DNA of 64,000 nt from Naegleria gruberi (Eukaryota), in assembly GCA_000004985.1 (NCBI GenBank), contig GG738903.1; one strand, written 5' to 3'. Positions 23,866 to 32,902 of the stretch are shown piece by piece. The notes beneath the pieces were generated by a model, which saw only the letters and a program-made list of their open reading frames with translations, searched no databases and was not told where the DNA came from. Each line of letters opens with the position of its first letter. The first letter of the stretch is position 1. Position numbers and translations under genes: made by a program.

Positions 23866-24651
23866 ATGATAAAATTTCTTTCTTCGTTTTTTCAAAGTCA
23901 AACAAGCACGACAATTAATTCAACTGAAATCGATCAAGTTTATAAAAATCCCGATTCGAATATTCTTGAAAAGGTACCTGCGGAAATTATTGTAAAAATT
24001 ATGAGTTATCTACTCGTAAATGATGTGAATTATTTTGGTCAATCGTGTCGAGTTTATTTTACTTTATTATTTGGACAAGATTTATCGAGATTGAAATCAA
24101 TTCAACAAATTAAAAAGAGTTTCGTCTGGAGAAATATGGAAGAAATATTAAAATGCAATGAATTGAAGAAGGAATATGAAAAAGATGAGCTGGCAGTAAT
24201 GATTCAAACCCAAATATGGAAACCTTTAGTTTCGTATTATTTTCCTCAATTTGTTTCAACATTGAACATCAAAAATTGGATGCATGTACTAAGGAGAAGG
24301 ATAACTCATTTAATAGTTCATCATTCATCGAGTCTTCCTGTCAAAAAACACTTTCCATCTGAACCATTTAAGGAAATCAAAACTTTGGATGATTTTATGA
24401 CCTATCCACGAGATACAGTATTGCCATTAGTTTCTTTCATTGAAAACTGTTCAGACTGGGAATACGAATGTCCCTTAAAGAATGCCAAAATGTCATTTGT
24501 CTCTCAACAAGTCAATTTCTGTCATGTCTGTAAAGAAAATGTTTATGAAGTGAGAAGTGAGGATCAATTTATCGAACACGTTGAGAAGGGTCATTGTGTG
24601 GCTTATGGAATGACTGGTGTTTCTATTAAGGGAAAGAGAAAATTCAAGTAA
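23866..24651 (+). CDS. F-box-like protein with a C-terminal C2H2-like zinc-finger motif, 261 aa
   Basis: VPAEIIVKIMSYLLVNDVNYFGQSCRVY is F-box-like; CHVCKENVYEVRSEDQFIEHVEKGHC near the C-terminus. Confidence 0.5.
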   Translation: MIKFLSSFFQSQTSTTINSTEIDQVYKNPDSNILEKVPAEIIVKIMSYLLVNDVNYFGQSCRVYFTLLFGQDLSRLKSIQQIKKSFVWRNMEEILKCNELKKEYEKDELAVMIQTQIWKPLVSYYFPQFVSTLNIKNWMHVLRRRITHLIVHHSSSLPVKKHFPSEPFKEIKTLDDFMTYPRDTVLPLVSFIENCSDWEYECPLKNAKMSFVSQQVNFCHVCKENVYEVRSEDQFIEHVEKGHCVAYGMTGVSIKGKRKFK

Positions 24652-24790
24652 AGAAGAAAATGGTTAATTCTCAATCCATAACTTAGAAACCTTTTGTGAA
24701 AATGAATAGTTTTAATATCATATCTTGATATTATAAAGTAATAAAATTTGGAACCAAATGGTATTGGATTAAATCTTCAAGGAAATTTTA

Positions 24791-24858
24791 TTCCGAACAA
24801 ATTCCGAAAAAAATGGTTAGCGTCATTCCGAGGTTTTTGAGCCAAAAATAATTCGGAA
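24791..24858. promoter_or_regulatory. Four copies of the palindromic motif TTCSGAA (heat-shock-element-like GAA/TTC units, atypical spacing) 180-250 nt upstream of the Hsp70 ATG; TATTTAAG at about 24912
   Basis: ttccgaa at 24791 and 24802, ttccgag at 24826, ttcggaa at 24852. Confidence 0.3.
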
Positions 24859-25036
24859 GCTTTTTGATGGTGATGAAGTTTATTTTCGGGATGTGTGTTT
24901 TGGAGAGTAGTATTTAAGTGATGACACCAATCTCAAATTGAAAATAACAATCAAGAAAAAAGAAGCAATTCAACAATTGAAAGCGAAACAAGCTAACTTG
25001 TAAATAATAATAGTAAATAGTAATAATAACAACAAG

Positions 25037-26983
25037 ATGTCATCTGCTGAAGTATTTGATGGAGCTATTGGTATTGATTTGGGAACAACTTATTCATGTG
25101 TTGGTGTTTATATGGGAGATAATGTAGAAATCATTCCGAATGATCAAGGTAATAGAACAACACCTTCCTATGTTGCATTCACTGATGAAGAACGTTTAAT
25201 TGGTGATGCTGCCAAGAATCAAGTTGCAATGAATCCACACAATACAGTATTTGATGCTAAACGTTTAATTGGTAGAAAGTTTTCCGACTCAACAGTTCAA
25301 GATGATATGAAACATTGGCCATTCAAGGTCATTACAAAGAGTGATGAGAAACCATACATTCAAGTTGAATACAAAGGAGAATCACATGTTTTCACACCAG
25401 AACAAATCTCATCCATGGTCTTGACTAAAATGAAGGATATTTCAGAACAATATTTGGGTAAACAAGTCAAGAAGGCAGTCATTACAGTTCCTGCCTATTT
25501 CAACGATTCACAAAGACAAGCAACCAAGGATGCTGGTGCAATTGCTGGTTTGGAAGTTTTGAGAATTATCAATGAACCAACAGCTGCTGCCATTGCTTAT
25601 GGTTTGAATAAGAAGGGTGAGAGAAATGTTTTGATTTTCGATTTGGGTGGTGGTACTTTTGATGTTTCAATTTTGAATATTGAGGATGGTGTTTTTGAAG
25701 TGAAAGCCACTGCTGGTGATACCCACTTGGGAGGAGAAGATTTTGATAACTTGATGGTTCAATTCTGCTGTCAAGAATTTAAGAGAAAGTACAAGAAGGA
25801 TATTCAAGAAAATCCAAGAGCATTAAGAAGATTGAGAACTGCTTGTGAAAGAGCCAAGAGAAATTTATCATCAGCTGCTAACGCTTCAATTAATGTTGAT
25901 TCAATTATGGACGGAATTGATTTGGATATTTCAATGACTCGTGCTAAATTTGAACAATTGAATATGGACTTGTTTAAGAAGTGTTTCGAACCAGTCAAGA
26001 AGGTTTTACAAGATTCAGGATTGGACAAGGCACAAATTGATGATGTTGTTTTGGTTGGTGGTTCAACACGTATTCCAAAAGTTCAAGAAATGCTCAGAGA
26101 ATTCTTCAACGGTAAAGAATTGTGCAGATCAATTAATCCAGATGAAGCTGTAGCTTATGGTGCTGCAGTTCAAGGTGGTGTTTTAACTGGTAAGGAAACC
26201 AAAGTCTTACTGATCGATGTTACTCCACTTTCATTGGGTATTGAAACAGCTGGTGGTGTCATGACCAAATTGATTGAAAGAAATTCAACCATTCCATGTA
26301 AGAAATCTGAAATCTTCTCAACCTATGCTGATAATCAAACAGCAGTCACTATTCAAGTCTTTGAAGGAGAAAGAACCTTGACAAAGGATAATCACTTGTT
26401 GGGAAGATTTAACTTGGAAGGTATTCCACCAGCACCAAGAGGTGTTCCAAAGATTGAAGTCACATTTGAAATTGATTCTAATGGTATTATGAAAGTTTCT
26501 GCCAAGGATACTTCATCTGGTAAGACACAAAACATTACCATCAAGAATGAACAAGGACGTTTGAGTAAGGAAGAAATTGAAGAAATGGTCAAGAAGGCCA
26601 AGGAAATGGAACAATTTGATAAGGAATTGAAAGAAAAGATTGATGCCAAGAATCAATTAGAGGCCTACGCCTATCAAATGAAATCCACTGCTGATGATCC
26701 AAACTTGTCTGGTAAATTATCAGATGCTGATAAGAATACCATCAAGAAGACATGTGAGGAAGTTATTAATTGGTTAGATAATAATTCTACCTATTCAAAG
26801 GATGATATTGAAAAGAAAAGAAAAGAATTGGAAGGTAAATGTGCACCAATTGTTAGCAAGCTGTATCAACAAGGAGCTGGTCAACCAGAATTCACACCAA
26901 ATGGAGCAAACTTTACCTCATCAGGTAATACTTCCAGTGGTTCTGAATCAAAGCCAAAGTTTGAAGATGTTGATGTTGATTAA
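25037..26983 (+). CDS. HSP70: Cytosolic Hsp70 (Ssa/HSPA-type), 648 aa, intronless
   Basis: [22 protein letters not shown] and [14 protein letters not shown] signatures; Gly/Ser-rich C-terminal tail ending EDVDVD. Confidence 0.95.
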   Translation: MSSAEVFDGAIGIDLGTTYSCVGVYMGDNVEIIPNDQGNRTTPSYVAFTDEERLIGDAAKNQVAMNPHNTVFDAKRLIGRKFSDSTVQDDMKHWPFKVITKSDEKPYIQVEYKGESHVFTPEQISSMVLTKMKDISEQYLGKQVKKAVITVPAYFNDSQRQATKDAGAIAGLEVLRIINEPTAAAIAYGLNKKGERNVLIFDLGGGTFDVSILNIEDGVFEVKATAGDTHLGGEDFDNLMVQFCCQEFKRKYKKDIQENPRALRRLRTACERAKRNLSSAANASINVDSIMDGIDLDISMTRAKFEQLNMDLFKKCFEPVKKVLQDSGLDKAQIDDVVLVGGSTRIPKVQEMLREFFNGKELCRSINPDEAVAYGAAVQGGVLTGKETKVLLIDVTPLSLGIETAGGVMTKLIERNSTIPCKKSEIFSTYADNQTAVTIQVFEGERTLTKDNHLLGRFNLEGIPPAPRGVPKIEVTFEIDSNGIMKVSAKDTSSGKTQNITIKNEQGRLSKEEIEEMVKKAKEMEQFDKELKEKIDAKNQLEAYAYQMKSTADDPNLSGKLSDADKNTIKKTCEEVINWLDNNSTYSKDDIEKKRKELEGKCAPIVSKLYQQGAGQPEFTPNGANFTSSGNTSSGSESKPKFEDVDVD

Positions 26984-27221
26984 ATAAACAAACCATTTCT
27001 CATCTCTACCAACACTCGAGTTGATGCAACATTCTTAATTGAAGCGAAAAGGCAAAAGATTTCAAAGAGATACTACTCGCAAGATTTAAAATCGAAATAG
27101 ATAAGGACTTTAATGGAATTGTTTTCTGTAAAAAAGTTAACCCCGAAGAGATCAATATCCATTCTAATAAATTATCAGTTGATAATTTAATAGAGAAGTT
27201 GGGTTTGTTCAAAAGAAAAGA

Positions 27222-27599
27222 ATGGGAACAATGGATCGTTTATTTGATAATTTTATGAGATTGTACATTATATTGCTTACTGCGCAAACTAATCTAGAAC
27301 AAATGCAAGTTGACAATACTATCATTAGCAGAAATCAAGAACAGGAACTAAACCAAACTAGAAGTGAAGAATTTTCCACACACACAACAAACGGACTAGA
27401 TGTTTACACTGATTCGAATAGTGTCCTTTCTGATAATTTCTTGCAAAGTAAACCACTTGCAAGCACAAGACTTGTTGAAAGCTCACCGAAGACAGAATTG
27501 AATTTTGTACTGGTTAGTGCCTCAACCATTGCAGAGACATGTTATTTGAAAGTTAAAAGAGGTAGAGGAAGACCAAGAAAAAATAGCCTTAACAAATAG
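27222..27599 (+). CDS. Small hypothetical protein with a C-terminal AT-hook (KRGRGRPRKNS)
   Basis: ORF with a GRP-core AT-hook motif; weak support. Confidence 0.3.
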   Translation: MGTMDRLFDNFMRLYIILLTAQTNLEQMQVDNTIISRNQEQELNQTRSEEFSTHTTNGLDVYTDSNSVLSDNFLQSKPLASTRLVESSPKTELNFVLVSASTIAETCYLKVKRGRGRPRKNSLNK

Positions 27600-27665
27600 T
27601 TTTTCTCCAAATTCGAAACTAAAGTTTCTAAAAAAGTCAACAACATTATTATAAATTTAGATTAT

Positions 27666-30600
27666 TTATTTGAGTGAATCCATTAGATTTTTAGTTTCAG
27701 TTCTAGATTTCAACAATTGACCATTAGTAAGTCCCTTTGCAAGTAAGCCCATAAGATTATTTGGTTTCTTCTTAGTTTCTTCTTCCTTCTTAGCAAGATT
27801 CATTAATCCAGCAAAGAAATTGTTTGCATTCTTCTTTCTTTCTTCTTGCTGTTTTCCAAGCACTGACAAGAGTTTGTTTTCCTCATCACCAGTTGGAGTT
27901 TTGGCAGATGTTGGAGTGAGTGATGACAAGAGCGAGGTCTTTGATTTCAAACTTGACAGATCAAATGATGGGGATTGAGGAGTGGCATTGATAGATGGTT
28001 TAGTAAGCAAAGAAGTTGCAGTAGTTGATGAAGCTGCCTTCTTTCTTTGCATTAATAATTCCTTCTTCTTATCAAATCCAAGTTGTTTCTCATTCTTCTT
28101 TTTGGTTTCTTCTTGAAGTTTCTTTTGTTTTTCCTTTTCTTCCTTTTCTCTCTTGGCTTTCAAATCTTCACAGGCCTTATTCAAACTCTCGACAAAGTTG
28201 TGAATTTGAGTAAAGAATGTATCAGGTTTGTCAAGTAAATCTTGTGGCTTTTCGTCGAAGAGAGCTGCAATGAGTTTGAGATTTTCCTCAACAGTTGTTC
28301 TTGATTTTTCAATAATTTCCAATTGGTTTTGAGCTGTGCCGATGGTTTCTTCCATAACTTCGAGGAATCTATCTTTAGGATGGATATTCTTTTCCTTCTT
28401 CATCTTTTCAAAGAAGTTCTTGGTCTTTTTGGTATCTTCTTGGAGTTTCTTGATATCTTGGTCAATTGGAGCAAGTTGCAAACGAGTACATGTTTGTACA
28501 GATGACAAATCATTTGAAACTGTCAACAATTCAGGGAAATTATCTTGACACACTTGAGCCAAGTATTGAAGCATACTCTGCTTTGGATCTCTAGCTTTCA
28601 TAGTTTGCATCTTTTCGAGAGAACTAATCTTGAAACCATAAATGTTTTGCAACTTTTTGTTTGGAGCATGTTGATTGATATAGTTACCAATTGTCAAAAT
28701 GAGAGCCAAAATATCATGCAATTTGGTGGATGCTTGCAATTCCTTACAACCATTGAGCATTGAATCAAGTTTTGGTCTAATGGCAGAAATTCTGGAACCC
28801 AATTTGAGTTTAAAGTCCCACGATTGAACTCTTGTCAATGGAGATGGAATATCCAATAAGAAGGTGAAGAATGTTTCAGCCATTGGAATAACCTTCTTTG
28901 GTGCATCTGGATCCTCAGAAACTTCCTCTTCCTTGGTATCATCAAGATATTTCTGAATAACTGGAATTTCCTCATCGAGTGGCATGCAACCACTCAAAAC
29001 TTCAATGTTATTATCATCGACTGTCTTTTCGTCCATTTCAATGATGGCATTTCTGTAACGAGCACATTTCATTTGATCAGTTTCTGAATTATCCAACTTT
29101 TTAAGAGCAGAGAATTGAATGGAAATGTTATTCGAACGTTTACCATCAATTAAAATGATTTCTTCGACCTTTTTCTTTGCTGGTTGATCGGTGGCAATTG
29201 CCTTTTCCTCAACTTTTTCAAAAGCTTCCTCAATAGTTCCCAAATCAATCTTCTTAATCCATTCATTTGTCTTTTCAGCAATTCCATTCTTGATAAAGAT
29301 TGTTTGTTGAATGTTGGTTTGTGGAATTGTGTCAAAGAAGAAAACCTTGGTCTTTCTTCTTGGTTTAGCATTTGGTAATGTTGGAAGAACTGGTTTCTTG
29401 ACACCAGGAAGCATTCCCATTCCAGGTGGAGGAGGCATTCCAGGTAAACCACCCATTCCAGGTGGAGGTGGCATTCCCATACCTGGAGGCATTGGAACAC
29501 CTGAACCTGGAGGCATTGGAATTCCAGGTAAACCACCAGGTGGAGGAGGAACACCCATTCCTGGTGGCATTGGAATACCTGAACCAGGTGGAGGAGGAAT
29601 TCCCATACCAGGAGGCATTGGAATGCCTGAACCAGGAGGTGGTGGAACGCCCATTCCTGGTGGCATTGGAATACCAGATCCAGGTGGAGGAGGAACACCA
29701 GATCCACTTGGCAAACCACCAGGTGGAGGAGGAACAAATCCAGTTGAACCAGGTGGAGGAGGAACACCACCAGTAGCACCTGTCTCACTTGGTAATTTCA
29801 AATTATTGACCTTCATGAATTCTTCCAATTGCATAGCTCTCTGGTTGATGACACGAATTTCCTTGATTTGAACTTCAAGTTTTTCCTTTTCAGCTTCAGC
29901 TTCCTTCAACTTATCGGTCAAGGTCAAATTTTCTTCCTTAGATTTGGTCAATTCAAGTTTGAGAGTTTCTTCTTTGGAAAGATTAGTCACAGCATTCATG
30001 AATGATGAAAGAGTTTGTTTACGTTTCTTTGAACGTTCCTCAGCATCTCTCTTCTCGAGCTCTTGCTTTTGTTGGAAGAGCTCCTTCTTCATGTTCATAA
30101 TTTCATTTTCCAAGTCCAAAATTGTACGTTGTTGAGTCTTGACCAAACCATCGAGTTCAATTTCCTTTTCTGTTGTGAATTTGACCTTATCTTCTTTGAT
30201 GGCTACTTTCAAAAGGTTTTCAACAGTTGCCCATGATTTGTTAATTTCTTCAATTTCTATACCTTTAGACTTGCTGATAATTCCAAATTTGGTCAATTTC
30301 AACATGGAATTCAAAATATTTACAAAGCTGTTGTGAGCAGAGCTTGAAGAGCTAGCTTCATCATCCTTATTCAAGGTAATCAAGTAATTTGAAATTGATC
30401 TGGCAATATCAATAGGGCTACTAAGATCAATTTCATCCAAATCCTTGATGGAGGAAGATTCCTCATCGTGTTCTTCAGCAAATGAATTGAAAACACTTTC
30501 GAATGCCTTGATTTGTAAGAAAATATTCGAGAGTGGAGATTCCTCATCGTCCTTATCAATATTTTGCTCCTCAGCCAATACCTCATACTTCAAGTAAATG

Positions 30601-32138
30601 TACTTTACAGCCATGTGAAGTCCCAAATTCTTCCATTCACGCATCAATGAGATTCTAACACCTTCATTTGGAGAAACAGAGATCAATGAATTGAAAAAGA
30701 TCATGGTTGTCAAGACATAGGAAGCAATTGCTCCATTAAACATGTCATCAACTTCCAAATTTTCACCAGCCAAAAAGTTTAAACTATCAATCAAGAAATG
30801 GAAACGTTTTGGTTCTCTCTTGATCAATTTAAAGCTTGTCAATGCGTCAAGAATCAATTCGAAACCATCCATATTCTCAACATTCAAATTCATAATCACA
30901 GAAAGCAAAAGCAAAATTTGTGATCTCAATTCCAATGAATTGGAATCCAAAGTAAGAACCAAAGTTCTCAAAATATCCTTGTTCTTAAAGAAACAACCTC
31001 TAGCATAATCGGAAGTATTCAAAATTGTTTCAATACACTTTAAACAGTAAACTTCCTTTGTTTCCTTCTCTTCATCTGCAGAAGTTGACAATGCAGTCGA
31101 TGCCAAACAATCTGCCAATGAAGTGAGACCTCCCTCATTCAAGAAACCTCTCAACCACACTGAGTACTTGACCTCTTCAGAAGTTGTTGAAATTTCCAGT
31201 AAACTTTGATCTTCTTCAGCTGAAAGAGTTGAACAAATTGTCAACACTTCAGAAATTGTCTTTAACTGCAACAAATCAAAATTTCTCTCTGTAAACTTTT
31301 TGATAATCAAAGAGGGACTTGCATTGATAGCTTTCAATGTCAATTGTTCTTGTTTGTTCAAGTGATTTTCTTTGATTAAATTGTCTTCCTCTTCTTCTTT
31401 ACTAATTTGCTTTGGAGGAGTGGCATCTTTCTTTCCGAACATACCACCCATCAATTTTTGAATTCCTGACATTCTCTTTGAACTAACAGAAACTCTAGGT
31501 GAAAGCATATCAAGAAAATTATTCGAATCCAACGTTGGAGAAGTAACTTTTGGAGTTGTCTTCTCCTCATGAACCTCCTCACCAAACACCATATCACCAG
31601 TAAATGCACTAAAATTACCAGATCTTCTCTTATTAGCAGCAAAATTCAATGAAGATGGAGTAATTGACTCAACATTGAGTGTATCAAAACATGAAGATGA
31701 TGATGACAATGATTTGGAATTGGGTGGTGTTGATTGATTGGTTGTTGGAGGAGAGGTTTTCCTTCCAGAACCATTACCATTAGCAGAACCAGAACCAGCA
31801 AACATTTGTGCAAAGATGTTTGATGATGAGTTATTGTTGGAATTTGGAGATTTTGATGTTGTTGGATGTTGATGGGTTGTATTGGAGGAGGAGGAAGAAT
31901 GGAGGGGAATGAAATCTTGATTCCTTTTTGGAGATTCGTCTTCATTTGCTGGTGGAGAAGCTAATTTTACTTGGAAAGCTTCCTCTTCTTGTTTTTGATT
32001 GTTTGTTCTTGGAGTGATGATGGTTTCGGTGGTGATTTTGCCTAGGGAGCTGGATTGTCTTGTGATGATTGGTGGAATTTTACCAGTCTCATTGTTTAGT
32101 CCAGTTTCGTGTGGTGTTTCGGATGACATTTTACACAA
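27666..32138 (-). CDS. Formin paralog 2 (GBD/FH3-like region, FH1 with highly repetitive poly-proline, FH2), 1490 aa
   Basis: About 10 tandem GIPMPPGMGVPPPPGS(G) units; FH2-like region RKTKVFFFDTIPQTNIQQTIF...GNYIN; N-terminal region collinear with formin 1 (ISEVL..C, GGLT, EDKV.FTTE.EIE). Confidence 0.85.
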   Translation of the reverse strand: MCKMSSETPHETGLNNETGKIPPIITRQSSSLGKITTETIITPRTNNQKQEEEAFQVKLASPPANEDESPKRNQDFIPLHSSSSSNTTHQHPTTSKSPNSNNNSSSNIFAQMFAGSGSANGNGSGRKTSPPTTNQSTPPNSKSLSSSSSCFDTLNVESITPSSLNFAANKRRSGNFSAFTGDMVFGEEVHEEKTTPKVTSPTLDSNNFLDMLSPRVSVSSKRMSGIQKLMGGMFGKKDATPPKQISKEEEEDNLIKENHLNKQEQLTLKAINASPSLIIKKFTERNFDLLQLKTISEVLTICSTLSAEEDQSLLEISTTSEEVKYSVWLRGFLNEGGLTSLADCLASTALSTSADEEKETKEVYCLKCIETILNTSDYARGCFFKNKDILRTLVLTLDSNSLELRSQILLLLSVIMNLNVENMDGFELILDALTSFKLIKREPKRFHFLIDSLNFLAGENLEVDDMFNGAIASYVLTTMIFFNSLISVSPNEGVRISLMREWKNLGLHMAVKYIYLKYEVLAEEQNIDKDDEESPLSNIFLQIKAFESVFNSFAEEHDEESSSIKDLDEIDLSSPIDIARSISNYLITLNKDDEASSSSSAHNSFVNILNSMLKLTKFGIISKSKGIEIEEINKSWATVENLLKVAIKEDKVKFTTEKEIELDGLVKTQQRTILDLENEIMNMKKELFQQKQELEKRDAEERSKKRKQTLSSFMNAVTNLSKEETLKLELTKSKEENLTLTDKLKEAEAEKEKLEVQIKEIRVINQRAMQLEEFMKVNNLKLPSETGATGGVPPPPGSTGFVPPPPGGLPSGSGVPPPPGSGIPMPPGMGVPPPPGSGIPMPPGMGIPPPPGSGIPMPPGMGVPPPPGGLPGIPMPPGSGVPMPPGMGMPPPPGMGGLPGMPPPPGMGMLPGVKKPVLPTLPNAKPRRKTKVFFFDTIPQTNIQQTIFIKNGIAEKTNEWIKKIDLGTIEEAFEKVEEKAIATDQPAKKKVEEIILIDGKRSNNISIQFSALKKLDNSETDQMKCARYRNAIIEMDEKTVDDNNIEVLSGCMPLDEEIPVIQKYLDDTKEEEVSEDPDAPKKVIPMAETFFTFLLDIPSPLTRVQSWDFKLKLGSRISAIRPKLDSMLNGCKELQASTKLHDILALILTIGNYINQHAPNKKLQNIYGFKISSLEKMQTMKARDPKQSMLQYLAQVCQDNFPELLTVSNDLSSVQTCTRLQLAPIDQDIKKLQEDTKKTKNFFEKMKKEKNIHPKDRFLEVMEETIGTAQNQLEIIEKSRTTVEENLKLIAALFDEKPQDLLDKPDTFFTQIHNFVESLNKACEDLKAKREKEEKEKQKKLQEETKKKNEKQLGFDKKKELLMQRKKAASSTTATSLLTKPSINATPQSPSFDLSSLKSKTSLLSSLTPTSAKTPTGDEENKLLSVLGKQQEERKKNANNFFAGLMNLAKKEEETKKKPNNLMGLLAKGLTNGQLLKSRTETKNLMDSLK
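29380..29790. repeat. Intragenic tandem repeat (27/48-nt periodicity) encoding the FH1 poly-proline tract of formin 2
   Basis: Repeated ggaggaggcattccaggtaaaccacc / cctggtggcattggaatacctgaaccaggtggaggagg units read directly; the artefactual ORFs on both strands here are typical of such repeats. Confidence 0.7.
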
Positions 32139-32902
32139 TCAAAAGGGAAATGTATATACAATACGTGTACAAAATGCAAGTTACAGATTGGACGAAACAA
32201 TCACAAAGGTATATTGTTTAGTTTTTTTTCTTGATTTTTTATTAGAAAGGGAGATGCACAAAATGAAATGTGATTACAACTGTTGATGGTTGACTTCAGT
32301 GGACTGAAATGGGTGAAGTCATCTGTCAGCCATAAACTGTGTCGGTAATTCATTTTCAGACATATTCGAATAGAATGGAATTTACAAAACTTTGATATTA
32401 GTAAAGAATGTCCCATTCTAATTAACTTGTCTTTTTTCACTTTTATTTAGTCAATTGGTGCAAGATGTTTTCATCACACACCTTAATGTTTTGTAAGATT
32501 TGTACTAATTTATAAAAATGATTGATTTGGAAATTTAATAAAATTTAAATGGAGTTACAAATGCGCTGAAAATGCATAGACAATATTATTCGATTCTCGC
32601 ACTGTGAAAATGCACAATATTAGAAACTTCCATTCTTCTAATTTCATTGCACTTGATATTTGTCAAAGATTTACCTTCCCAATAACAATTTGCATGGATA
32701 AATTGTGTTCAAGAATTGAGACAAGTTTTTGATAATTGTTTTTTGGAATTGACATTCCAAATAGATCTATAACTTGAAGTTTGGCGTGTAATGGACCGCT
32801 ACTCACATAGATTTCATATCATCCACACTAACACGAACTTTCCCATTCTATCTCATTGCCTTTCAATATGTCATTCGGCTAAATGAATCAAAAGACAAAA
32901 AA

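Noticed and set aside
29150-29871. Long ORFs on both strands inside the formin-2 FH1 region (212 aa minus, 186 aa and 116 aa plus)
   Set aside because: These are frame artefacts of a tandem nucleotide repeat. They are low-complexity (Leu/His/Gln-rich or Gly/Pro-rich) and lie entirely within a well-supported formin CDS.
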